A stretch of DNA of 64,000 bases from Promethearchaeota archaeon (lineage in GTDB: Archaea; Asgardarchaeota; Lokiarchaeia; Sigyniarchaeales; SOKP01): positions 288,001-352,000 of the forward strand of contig JAUVNS010000002.1 in NCBI GenBank assembly GCA_030599585.1. Direction: 5' to 3'. Made by a program: the position numbers and the translations under genes. The notes beneath the pieces were generated by a model. The model had not been told where the DNA came from. It saw nothing but the letters and a program-made list of their open reading frames with translations, and made no database searches. This document shows positions 9,946 through 19,680 of this stretch, in pieces. Each line of letters begins with the position of its first letter. Position 1 is the stretch's first letter.

Positions 9946-11277
9946 TTATAAATAGATTCTGACACCCCTATCTTCCATTTTCTTTAAAAATTGAGGTATT
10001 GTTTCAAAATTATTTTCATTTAAATATAATTCTTCTAAACTTTCGAGAGATTGAAGAGATTCTGGAATTATTTTTAATTTATTTCTCGAAATATTTAAGA
10101 TTTTTAAATTTTTCAACTTTTCTATGGCTTTCGGAATAAATACCAACTTATTATCGCATAAGTTCAATACTTCTAAAGAAGTAAGAGAACCAATTGATGA
10201 TGGTATAGTGGATAACTCATTTCTTTCTAGGTCTAATAATTTTAGTGATTTTAATTCAGTTATTTGTTTTGATAATGTTGTTAATAAATTCCAACTTAAG
10301 TTTAGTTCTTTTAAAGATATTAAGGAGGAGAAAGATATTGGTAGATTAGTCAATTTATTATCGTGAAGATTGAGTTCTTCAAGGTTTTGAAGACTTCCAA
10401 ATTCTTCTGGTAACATGTAGAGCTGATTTAGCCTTAAATTCAATGTTTTCAGCGATTTTAAAGAAGAAATTGAGGATGGGAGTTCTTGAAGTTCATTCTT
10501 CCAAAGGGTTAGTTTTTTTAAATGCTGTAGCGAACCAAGTGTAATTGGAAGCTTATTAATATTGTTAATATTTAAATTTAGGGATTCTAAGGAATGAAAA
10601 TTGCTTATCCACTCAGGTAATTCCGTGATTTGGTTATATCTCAAAGATAAAATTCTTAAGTTGAGAAGGTGACTGATAGCTATAGGTAATTTAGTCAATC
10701 CCTTGAATATAAAATTCAATTCAACAATTCTACAGTCCTCAATGGTATATTTGAGTCTAAAATGTAATTTTTTCAAATACACTAAAGAGTAATAATTGAT
10801 TAAAATTTCAGTCAATTCACTGTGAGAGCAATCTTTTACATCGTTTTGAGATTTCAGATTTTCAATACCAATTTTAAAGTCTCTATCTTTAATTTGATCT
10901 ATTTCTTGAAGTAAAGCTATTTTTCCAAAAGAATCCTCTTTTTTTTCAATGAATTTAAGTATAGAAATTAATGAATTATAAGTGGTACTCAATATAGTTG
11001 AAGATTCTTCATGATTGAGAGTCCACCTCATAAGCTTTAATGCTTTATCTTTAAAATTCTGATGTAGCATTATTGCCGCTTCGTTTCGAATTTTAGCATC
11101 AGAATCAGAGATAAGTAAGTTTTCGATGAAGTTATATATTGTTTCTTTTTCAATCCCGGCATTCCCAAATGTATCGTAGATTTTTTTTAAAGTTTGAAGA
11201 CTTTCAACACGTTGCTTAGTTAGATTGCTGTGTTCTATTAATGAAATTAACTGTTGTATCGCTGTTGAAACATCCAT
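9946..11277 (-). CDS. HEAT-like module plus leucine-rich repeat protein
   Basis: ENLLISDSDAKIRNEAA; a long run of 23-aa LxxLxLxxNxLxxLP repeats. Confidence 0.9.
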   Translation of the reverse strand: MDVSTAIQQLISLIEHSNLTKQRVESLQTLKKIYDTFGNAGIEKETIYNFIENLLISDSDAKIRNEAAIMLHQNFKDKALKLMRWTLNHEESSTILSTTYNSLISILKFIEKKEDSFGKIALLQEIDQIKDRDFKIGIENLKSQNDVKDCSHSELTEILINYYSLVYLKKLHFRLKYTIEDCRIVELNFIFKGLTKLPIAISHLLNLRILSLRYNQITELPEWISNFHSLESLNLNINNINKLPITLGSLQHLKKLTLWKNELQELPSSISSLKSLKTLNLRLNQLYMLPEEFGSLQNLEELNLHDNKLTNLPISFSSLISLKELNLSWNLLTTLSKQITELKSLKLLDLERNELSTIPSSIGSLTSLEVLNLCDNKLVFIPKAIEKLKNLKILNISRNKLKIIPESLQSLESLEELYLNENNFETIPQFLKKMEDRGVRIYL

Positions 11278-11341
11278 TGTATTCTTTTTTATCTCGTCAA
11301 AAATTTTAACTGGAGTACGTTCTGTAATGCTATTACCTCGG

Positions 11342-12796
11342 TTATTTATATATTATTAATCCCTTCTTCTCTAATTTATTTAAGAAAGGAGGAATTTCGT
11401 CTATATTATTAAAATTCAGATTTAAAATTTTTAAATTCGTTAAGTTCTCAAGAGATTTTGGCAGCAACGTTAGAGCATTCCCCCATAAACTTAATACTTC
11501 AAGAGATTTAAGTGAACCAATCCAATAGGGCAACTCAGTAAAATTATTCCAATTTAAATTTAATATTTTCAATTTAGTAAAATTACGAAAAGATTCAGGA
11601 AGAGTAGATAGTTGATTATTCCATAAAGTTAATTCTTCAAGTTTAGAAATTGTACCAATTGATCCTGGAAGTTCATGCAATTTGTTGTCGAATAAATGCA
11701 GTGATTGCAAAAGACTAAAAGATCCTATCCATTTAGGAAGGGTTTTCAATTTGTTTCCCCCTAAACCTAAATATCTAAGACCCTTGAGGCTTTTAAGCCA
11801 CTTAGGTAGCTTTTTGATGCTATTCAAACCCATATCTAATCGTCTGATTTTGTTGCTTCCTTTAAGTGATAATTTAGTGTCGTGTAATTTATTTCCATGT
11901 AAGTCTAACACTTCCAAATTTAGAATGTTTTTAATTGTTTTTGGGAGGTTTTTTAAGGAGTTTGCTCTTAAATTTAAATTTGTAAGCGAATTTAAGGAAC
12001 CAATTGAAGCAGGTAAATCTTTAATTTTATTATATCTCAAATTTAATAATCTTAAAGATTTAAGAGAACTAATTGATGATGGAATTGATTTTATTTTATT
12101 ATAGCTTAAATCTAATTTAATTAATGATGTTAGGGAACCAATGGATTCTGGAATTGTAATTAACCTATTAAATTTAAGGTCGAGGTTTTCGAGCGACGTT
12201 AAAAATTCGATGAATTCAGGGAATTTATTTAGTATCGTCCATCCAAATATATGGCTACTAACATCAGACAAATCTAATTGAAGAATCAACCCATCTTTAA
12301 CTTTAAAATTTATTTGCCCAAACTTGTTTTCCAAATCTTTTATTATGAAAGAATTTTCTACAATCCTCGAAAGCGCATAACTCGAGAGGTTTTCAAGTTC
12401 TCCCTCTATATAGAGATCCTGTAAACTTTCTACTATTTTTTTGTTTCTTATTTCTCCTATTTTTTCTATTATCAGCGATTTAGATTGCACTGTATCAATT
12501 TTACCTAATATTTTTGATATCGCTAACAAACATTTTAGAGACTCTTCGTGCTTAAAAGCCCACCTTAAAGGTTCGAGAGCATCATCTAGAAATATTTTTT
12601 CTATAATGGAAGCTGCAGCTAAGCGTATGGATTCATTCGCATCAGAAATTAATAAATTTTCCACGAGTTTGAAAACACTATTAGTGTTTGCACTCATTTG
12701 AGCTAATGTGTTAATACTTTCTATTCTGATACTCAAATTCTCGCTATTTTCTATAATTGAAATTAGATGATTAATAGCTGAGGTGGATGATTCCAT
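11342..12796 (-). CDS. HEAT-like module plus leucine-rich repeat protein (tandem paralog)
   Basis: ENLLISDANESIRLAAA; a long run of 23-aa LRRs. Start at ATG 12796 chosen by alignment with the downstream paralog. Confidence 0.9.
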   Translation of the reverse strand: MESSTSAINHLISIIENSENLSIRIESINTLAQMSANTNSVFKLVENLLISDANESIRLAAASIIEKIFLDDALEPLRWAFKHEESLKCLLAISKILGKIDTVQSKSLIIEKIGEIRNKKIVESLQDLYIEGELENLSSYALSRIVENSFIIKDLENKFGQINFKVKDGLILQLDLSDVSSHIFGWTILNKFPEFIEFLTSLENLDLKFNRLITIPESIGSLTSLIKLDLSYNKIKSIPSSISSLKSLRLLNLRYNKIKDLPASIGSLNSLTNLNLRANSLKNLPKTIKNILNLEVLDLHGNKLHDTKLSLKGSNKIRRLDMGLNSIKKLPKWLKSLKGLRYLGLGGNKLKTLPKWIGSFSLLQSLHLFDNKLHELPGSIGTISKLEELTLWNNQLSTLPESFRNFTKLKILNLNWNNFTELPYWIGSLKSLEVLSLWGNALTLLPKSLENLTNLKILNLNFNNIDEIPPFLNKLEKKGLIIYK

Positions 12797-12902
12797 TAAT
12801 CTTCGAAAGATAGTTTTATTTTTTAGATTAATTATTATATTCAATCAAGATTTTACAACTTTATTTTATTTACTCTATTTGTCTAAATGTAAGTAGCGGT
12901 AA

Positions 12903-13397
12903 TTATTCTTTATCTGGTGGATTTCTACCTAACCACTTCTCGTAGAACGCATCGATATCTGGTAAAAAATTGAATATAATCGGATATCCCGGAGGTACAG
13001 CCTCAACATCTAACAGGGTAAAACAATTAGGGCAGAAAAATTCTCGAAGTTCTTCCCACTCTGGATCGCTGCCCATCATTTTAGGATAAAGTTTTTCGAT
13101 AGATTCAAATGTGTCCCTTACTCTGATTTTGCATTTGTGCTTCCAATTTATCTGATAATCGCCGAATTCGAAACCACAATCACATTTAACTATTCTTTCA
13201 CCTTCTTTTGCTACGATGTAAAGGTGTTCGTGAAGAGGGAGGAGTATTTTTTCTTTCCAATTGAGTTTCTCTTGAAGAATTTCCATAATTTTGTCAAATC
13301 TATTTTGATCTTTTCTACCACTAATGATTGGTTTGAGCTCTTCCCATTTTAAATCGCCCTCCATCATTCTTTCCAAGGTTTTTTTATCGACATCCAT
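12903..13397 (-). CDS. acxC: Acetone carboxylase gamma subunit
   Basis: LPLHEHLYIV, KCDCGFEFGDY..NWK, REFFCPNCFTLLDVEAVPPGYP, FLPDIDAFY. Confidence 0.85.
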   Translation of the reverse strand: MDVDKKTLERMMEGDLKWEELKPIISGRKDQNRFDKIMEILQEKLNWKEKILLPLHEHLYIVAKEGERIVKCDCGFEFGDYQINWKHKCKIRVRDTFESIEKLYPKMMGSDPEWEELREFFCPNCFTLLDVEAVPPGYPIIFNFLPDIDAFYEKWLGRNPPDKE

Positions 13398-13400
13398 TTT

Positions 13401-15617
13401 TTATTTCACCTCCAATTGAAAATCTTCATCCAAATTCCAAAATTCCCTAAATTCTCTACCCCATTTAGTAGACAATCTTAAGCTCTCTAAGTACATTGTT
13501 GTTACCGCTTCATAAAAATCTCCTTTTAATATCCTGTCTCGCTCTTTTTTCCAAAATTCTTCAAATGATAAAGATTCGCTTTTTCTCTCATCCATAATCC
13601 TTTGTTTTTGTATTTTTGTAGCTTCGTTATCTATCTCCCATTCATTCTTATCATCATCAAAGTTTGCGACCACACCATATACGTTTTTTACGATATCCGA
13701 GGTATATAACCCCTCATCGAGGTCTTTTTTAACACTTTCTAATTTCCGTTCCATTGGATCTCCATAACCTGGCCCCCCGCTCTCAGAAAAATGAATAACA
13801 TCGTAATTTTCGAGCGCAATTGGATAAATTGTGCCTATTGGTATTCTTGTAATATCAGCTTTTAGATATCTTTCAAATTCGCCGTCAGTTGGATCAGGAT
13901 CCCCCAACGGATAATTTTGTTGTTGTCGGAAAATTTCTTCCAAATTCGTATTTTTTGCAATTAATCGATAACTCGTAGCGTTAGGATATCCTCCGTGCAT
14001 TCCGCCGGAACCATGAAAGACTAATCCTTCCCTACCGGCGAAAAATTCTACTTTTTCAGAATTGGCGATGAAGGCAACACCTGCGTAATTTGCCCCACCA
14101 CGGTATTTACCGTGACCCGGAGTATTCGGTTTCACTTTTCGGGATAAATAAGGAATACCTCCTTGAAATAATTCCCATGTCTCAACATCTCCTAAATCTG
14201 ATTCAGGATTCCACATAGCATACCCCCAGTTAAGACCATCTTTAACGGCACTTGCTCCTAACCCTTGACCAGATATTTCGAATGTTGACAACATCCATCT
14301 TTCACCTTTTAATGGTCCAGCTGAATAGATACCACCACCTTGAATGGAGTCTCCTGTAAATCCGTAACCTGGCACGACTTCTTCTCGAAAACCTCGGGAA
14401 AACAACGCGTACGACAAAGACTTCATCACGGTTGTATATGCAGGTATTAAATTACCCCATGGGGCTTGATATGAAAGGTAAGGATCTCCTGGGTTTGCCC
14501 ATGATCCCAACGGGTAGTATTTCTCTACGGCGTAATAAGCTCCATCATTAACTTTATCACCATAGATCAAAATTTGAGTTAACAACACCCATTGCCCACC
14601 TTCCATTGCTCCCTTATCGCAATTAAACGCGTTGGCACCTGCTGCGCTAGCGCCATCAAACGAAATAGATAAACCACCATCTTCCTTTACTATCATTTCC
14701 ATGGGTTGATTTGAGATTTTATCAACTCTTGCGAGTGGTAACCAAGCCTGATCTTTCATAGGAAGGTCCATAAAAGAAGCAGCCCGGTATCTTCCAGGGA
14801 TTAAACGCTCTTTTACTCTTTCAAGAACAATTCTTCTTCCTTCTTCAATTGCTTCCCGCATAAATTTCTTGTAAAATTCAATCCCTTCTCTTTCTATGAA
14901 CTCGTAAACGGCGTCCCTTATCATTAAATTTCCTGCTAATCGACATTTTTCATCTAATTCCCAATACATCGGGCTTCTAACCGATTTCTTCGCGCCAATC
15001 ATGTGGTCGCGCCAAATTTTATCGTTAGAACCAATTTTTCTGCAGGTATAATATACTCCGTCATCAAATCGTTGGGTTGAAGACACTAAGGTATGTCCCG
15101 GAGTAATACCACCTATATCGATTTGGTGTGTGACACCACCCGCCCAACCAATTAATTCTTTTTCCCAAAATATCGGAATGAGAGTTTGAACATCAGTAGT
15201 ATGGACATTCCCACATTGAGGATCGTTATTTAGGAAAATATCTCCTTGATTTATCGACGGATCTTCCTCATATCCTTCTCTAATCATGAATTTAATTCCT
15301 TCGCTCATTGTATGGACATGCACCAAAATACCAGTAGAAACTACTATTGAATCACCTTCGGGAGTATATAATGCGAAGCAAAGTTCACCAATCTCTGTAA
15401 CTATTGGAGATGCTGCGATATGCAGTGCAGTTTCTCTTGCTGAAACTAGTGCTCCTCTTAAGCTTGCGTAAGCCTTCTCGTATTTGAAAGGATCCTCTTC
15501 CTTTAAACTGAGTCTTTCAATTCCATGATACTTCTTGCTGTCCTTTAGCAGCTTCTCACTTTCTTCTAGCATTTCTTTAATTGTTTTTCCATCCCATCCA
15601 ATTGGTTTTATTGACAT
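13401..15617 (-). CDS. acxB: Acetone carboxylase alpha subunit (hydantoinase B/oxoprolinase family)
   Basis: ELCFALY...STGILVHV, NNDPQCGNVHTTD, HQIDIGG metal-site motifs, GGPGYGDP. Confidence 0.85.
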   Translation of the reverse strand: MSIKPIGWDGKTIKEMLEESEKLLKDSKKYHGIERLSLKEEDPFKYEKAYASLRGALVSARETALHIAASPIVTEIGELCFALYTPEGDSIVVSTGILVHVHTMSEGIKFMIREGYEEDPSINQGDIFLNNDPQCGNVHTTDVQTLIPIFWEKELIGWAGGVTHQIDIGGITPGHTLVSSTQRFDDGVYYTCRKIGSNDKIWRDHMIGAKKSVRSPMYWELDEKCRLAGNLMIRDAVYEFIEREGIEFYKKFMREAIEEGRRIVLERVKERLIPGRYRAASFMDLPMKDQAWLPLARVDKISNQPMEMIVKEDGGLSISFDGASAAGANAFNCDKGAMEGGQWVLLTQILIYGDKVNDGAYYAVEKYYPLGSWANPGDPYLSYQAPWGNLIPAYTTVMKSLSYALFSRGFREEVVPGYGFTGDSIQGGGIYSAGPLKGERWMLSTFEISGQGLGASAVKDGLNWGYAMWNPESDLGDVETWELFQGGIPYLSRKVKPNTPGHGKYRGGANYAGVAFIANSEKVEFFAGREGLVFHGSGGMHGGYPNATSYRLIAKNTNLEEIFRQQQNYPLGDPDPTDGEFERYLKADITRIPIGTIYPIALENYDVIHFSESGGPGYGDPMERKLESVKKDLDEGLYTSDIVKNVYGVVANFDDDKNEWEIDNEATKIQKQRIMDERKSESLSFEEFWKKERDRILKGDFYEAVTTMYLESLRLSTKWGREFREFWNLDEDFQLEVK

Positions 15618-15620
15618 TTT

Positions 15621-17807
15621 TTATCCCACCTCCATGTGAAATATCCTGTGTTTATCTAATTTTACTCTATAATTCGGGGGAACTACTAAAGTAGTTGCGG
15701 GGGCCTCTATTACAGCTGGACCGTCGACAATATTTCCTGCATCGAGTAATTTCATTTCCCATATCGAAGCATTATACCATTTTTTACCCCAAAACATTTC
15801 TCTCAATCCTTTTGACGCATCATCATTTGGTCTTTCACTGCTAAGCTCAAGCTTCGGTAACTCTGGTTTTGGTACGGGAACGACGCCGGTTCCTATAGCC
15901 TTAGTAATGTGATATCCCAGTTCAGGACTTTTCGTTCCTCTTCGAAATATCTTCTCGAAAAGATCGTCGTATCTACGAAGAAGATCGTTTAATTCAACGG
16001 AATCAAAACGATCCAATTCTTCTGAATGCTCAATTGTTAATTCCTCATAAGGAGATTGTACTTCTAAGTCGTCTAACATGCCAAAATATTGCAGCTTAAG
16101 AGATGGTCTAAACTCCATCTCATTTGGATCTCTACCTTCTTTTTCAAATTCTTTCATAATTTTAATCTTTAAATCTCTCCATGTGGAAGTTATCATTGAT
16201 GCTACAAATGAGGTCATCTTTCTATCAGGATCAATAACCATATCAACGGATATTTCGTGCCTGTAAGAGTGATCTGCACAAGCACATCCGTAAGCTGAAA
16301 ACGCAGCAGCCCACTCAGGTATCATTATATTTTGAAAGGACAACCCTTTAGAATATCCTGCTACATGAAGTGGCCCACCACCACCAAACGATATGAGAGT
16401 ATAATTCTCAGGCCGATATCCAAGTCCTTGGATCATTCCATTAAGGTGGTTTTTCATGTTGATTTCAATCAAATCTAAAGCCCCCCTTGCCGCTTCGTAT
16501 GGATCCGCATTGAAAGGTTTAGCAATCTGATCGTCAATATAATCATAAGCCCTTTTTTTGTTCAGTGGGACTTTACCACCGAGAAAGTAATCTGGATTAA
16601 GATACCCTAATATTACACTACAATCAGTCATTGTTACGGTTTCTACTCCAGATTGCTCATTGCACACTCCAATTTTATATCCTGCACTTTCAGGTCCAAA
16701 TTCTAATCTGCTTGATACATCGTTATATCGTACATACATCCCAGTCCCAGCACCAATAGAGTCCAATGCAATCATTGGGATGTTCAAGATAAATCCGCCG
16801 AGTGAACTTTCCCACTTTGTGGGGACATATTTTTCCATTGTTAATCCCACATCAAAAGATGTTCCCCCCACATCGGAGGATACTAGGTTTTTAATCCCAT
16901 ATTTCTCAGCGATGAATTTGCTTCCTATCATACCACCAATAGGACCTGAAACCATTGTTGGAATAAGTGATTTAGCATAAGGAGACATCGTTCCTCCATA
17001 AGATGTTAAAATTCTTAGAGGAGCTGGCACTCCCTTTTCTTTAAGTTTTTTAGCAATCGCTATTAATTGTTCCCTTGAAGGTTCTGCAGCATATTGTTCG
17101 ATTAGAAGGGCGTTTAATCTTGGGGTTTCGCCTCTTACTGGGTTGTGTTCAGAAGAAAGAATTATTGGAACCTCCCTGCCGTATTCCTTCATAACTTCTT
17201 TGGCTATTTTTTCAACTTCCATTTCGTGCCTTGAATTCATATAAGAACAGAGTAAACATACACATATGCTTTCGACATCCATATCTAATAATTCTTTTAC
17301 GACTTCTACTACATCCTTTTCATATAAGGGTATTAGTTCATCTCCCCAAAAATTAATTCTTCCGCGTACACCTTTAATATTATTTCTACGAACCAAAGGT
17401 TGCGGATGCTCGTGTTCTCTGGCGTGTAGTCGCCCCGCATAATCAAGCCACATCCAGCATTGTAAAGCCCTCCCCAATCGATGGAGATCCTCAAACCCAG
17501 CATTAACAATAACGCCGATATTATCATTTCCTTCTCTTTCTAAAAGTCGATTTAGCATAGCTGTACCCGAATACACTAAAGCTTCCACACCGGCACTAGT
17601 TTCTTCTAATTTTTTATCCCATTCATTTAAGGCATCTGATATTGAATTTATTATGCCTACAAATTCTTCTTCTCCAGTAGTTAAAGCTTTCCCTATGACA
17701 AAACTACCTTTCTCATCAATAAGAAACGAATCTGTCATTGTACCACCAGTATCTAACGCTATAGCTTTTAACAGATGTTGTTTACTTTCATTATTTGGTA
17801 TTACCAT
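15621..17807 (-). CDS. acxA: Acetone carboxylase beta subunit (hydantoinase A family)
   Basis: DTGGTMTD, SGPIGG, SDVGGTSFD, GPESAG, FGGGGPLH, GPAVIE. Forms an operon with acxB and acxC (3-nt gaps). Confidence 0.85.
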   Translation of the reverse strand: MVIPNNESKQHLLKAIALDTGGTMTDSFLIDEKGSFVIGKALTTGEEEFVGIINSISDALNEWDKKLEETSAGVEALVYSGTAMLNRLLEREGNDNIGVIVNAGFEDLHRLGRALQCWMWLDYAGRLHAREHEHPQPLVRRNNIKGVRGRINFWGDELIPLYEKDVVEVVKELLDMDVESICVCLLCSYMNSRHEMEVEKIAKEVMKEYGREVPIILSSEHNPVRGETPRLNALLIEQYAAEPSREQLIAIAKKLKEKGVPAPLRILTSYGGTMSPYAKSLIPTMVSGPIGGMIGSKFIAEKYGIKNLVSSDVGGTSFDVGLTMEKYVPTKWESSLGGFILNIPMIALDSIGAGTGMYVRYNDVSSRLEFGPESAGYKIGVCNEQSGVETVTMTDCSVILGYLNPDYFLGGKVPLNKKRAYDYIDDQIAKPFNADPYEAARGALDLIEINMKNHLNGMIQGLGYRPENYTLISFGGGGPLHVAGYSKGLSFQNIMIPEWAAAFSAYGCACADHSYRHEISVDMVIDPDRKMTSFVASMITSTWRDLKIKIMKEFEKEGRDPNEMEFRPSLKLQYFGMLDDLEVQSPYEELTIEHSEELDRFDSVELNDLLRRYDDLFEKIFRRGTKSPELGYHITKAIGTGVVPVPKPELPKLELSSERPNDDASKGLREMFWGKKWYNASIWEMKLLDAGNIVDGPAVIEAPATTLVVPPNYRVKLDKHRIFHMEVG

Positions 17808-17967
17808 ATACGATCGCCTTGAATGTTTTTCACATTAATATTTCATAATTAGATTTAATGCTATATATAACTGAAGTATAAGTGAAAAAAAATTTAAAAA
17901 TATGACCACTCGAGTGGAGTTTTATCCAATTGTCGAATGTCCGATCAGAAAAATAAGGTTATTTAAC

Positions 17968-19506
17968 TCAAATCCTTTCAATCATCATTCCACCTAAGAT
18001 GATTGGCCCACCGGTTGAATTATAGATTTTTTCAGCTTTTTTCATTTTATTCTGGCTGTCAGAATATATTTTAAAGATTAAATCCCCTTCCTTGATTCTT
18101 GCTCCCTGTTTTTTAAAAATTTCAACACCTGATTGTTTTGAATGAGGACAACCTGTAGCTTTCGCTATCTGATTAATTATCGCATTATTTACACCAGTTA
18201 TGTGGCCAGCTTTTGTGGTGAAAAATTCTTTAGAATAGGGCCCTAATTTAATATCTTCAGGTTTTATTTCTGGGTTTCCACCCTGAATCTCAATAATTCG
18301 CTTCATTTTGTCGTAAGCTTTCCCTGAATGTAGTATTTCTTTTGCTAAACTTTGACCTTTTCCTTTTTGAACTTTTCCCCCCATTTCAAGCAATATACCT
18401 GCTAAATCAGTGGATTTTTCAATAAGAGAATTAGGACCAGCAGTATAATCATTAAGTAAGGTCAAAGCCTCTCTTGCTTCTAAACCGGGACCTATGGCGT
18501 GTCCGATAGGCTGATGAGCTAATGTTAAAGCACACTCCGCTTGAATCCCAACATTTTTGGCAATCTCTTTAAATATATAAGCAAATTGTTTACCCTTATC
18601 GGTGGTAGGAAATTTAGTTCCTTCTCCAACTGGTATATCTAAAACGAGTTTTTTGACGCCCAGGCTTAATTTTTTAGTGATTATGGAAGGAATCATAAGT
18701 CCTATAGGATCCATATGTAATGGACGCTCGATTTCAATTAAAATATTATCTGCTGGAGATGTATTTAGAGCACCACCCCAAATTATGCAAGCATTTTCCT
18801 TAGATATAATGCTTTTTAATACATCAGCTTCGAATGTTACAGGAGCTAAAACTTCCATTGAATCAGCGGTACCAGAGGGGGAAGTAATAGCTCTTGTTGA
18901 TGATTTTGGTATTGTTAAACCAGCAGCCGCAACGATTGGAACTATTATAAGCGTAACTTTATTGCCAGGAACGCCTCCAGTTGAATGTTTGTCATAAACT
19001 TCTGGACCGAAATCAAAAACTTCTCCACTTCTTGCTTCTGCATAAGTCAATGAAGTCATCTCTTCATTATCCATCCCATTTATTGAAACAGCTGTTATAA
19101 ATGCTGCTAAATCTATTTTTGATAATGAACCAGAGACCGTATCCGTAACAATTTCGTTAATTTCTTCTGCGGTAAGCTTATTTCCCCTTATTTTCTTCTG
19201 AATAAACTTAAAAGAATCGGGAGGGTCTGCTGGTTTCACGGATATTATAGTGTCATCTCGGAGATTCTTTTTTTCTTTAATAATATCCATAAAAATTCCT
19301 ATTTCTCCTGGATTCACGAGAGAGTTGGAATAATCAATTTGCAATATAGCAATCCAATATTTCTCTTCTATATTTTTAGTTTCTAAATTTTTGATGATGA
19401 TACGGTCACCTGCTTTTTGACCCAATTTTACCGCATCTTCAATATTTAAAACTACATCTTTAGTATTTCCGGTCTCAAAGTTAATTGTTTTTACTTTTAG
19501 CTTCAT
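17968..19506 (-). CDS. AMP phosphorylase (thymidine phosphorylase family, archaeal long form)
   Basis: DKHSTGGVPGNK, PKSSTRAITSPSGTAD, QPIGHAIGPGLEA; has the extra N-terminal domain of archaeal AMP phosphorylases. Confidence 0.9.
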   Translation of the reverse strand: MKLKVKTINFETGNTKDVVLNIEDAVKLGQKAGDRIIIKNLETKNIEEKYWIAILQIDYSNSLVNPGEIGIFMDIIKEKKNLRDDTIISVKPADPPDSFKFIQKKIRGNKLTAEEINEIVTDTVSGSLSKIDLAAFITAVSINGMDNEEMTSLTYAEARSGEVFDFGPEVYDKHSTGGVPGNKVTLIIVPIVAAAGLTIPKSSTRAITSPSGTADSMEVLAPVTFEADVLKSIISKENACIIWGGALNTSPADNILIEIERPLHMDPIGLMIPSIITKKLSLGVKKLVLDIPVGEGTKFPTTDKGKQFAYIFKEIAKNVGIQAECALTLAHQPIGHAIGPGLEAREALTLLNDYTAGPNSLIEKSTDLAGILLEMGGKVQKGKGQSLAKEILHSGKAYDKMKRIIEIQGGNPEIKPEDIKLGPYSKEFFTTKAGHITGVNNAIINQIAKATGCPHSKQSGVEIFKKQGARIKEGDLIFKIYSDSQNKMKKAEKIYNSTGGPIILGGMMIERI

Positions 19507-19680
19507 AATGAACAAAATTCGCTTATTTAATTATAAATTAGATAAATTGGTTATATAACTTTAAGTAAAATTTCTTAATATGCATGTATTTTGCTTTATT
19601 TACTCAAGTTATTATTTTTCCATTTAATTTATTTATATCTTTTAATAAAGTTAATTAAATACTACATACTGAGATTGATT

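Noticed and set aside
9946-12400. Periodic DNA similarity suggesting a repeat array or CRISPR
   Set aside because: Explained by 69-bp LRR coding periodicity; there are no identical repeats with unique spacers and no cas genes.
2215-19506. Archaeal AMP/RuBisCO (form III) nucleoside pathway formed by the RuBisCO homologue and AMP phosphorylase
   Set aside because: The RuBisCO homologue lacks key carboxylase residues, the genes are 14 kb apart, and no ribose-1,5-bisphosphate isomerase is present in the window.
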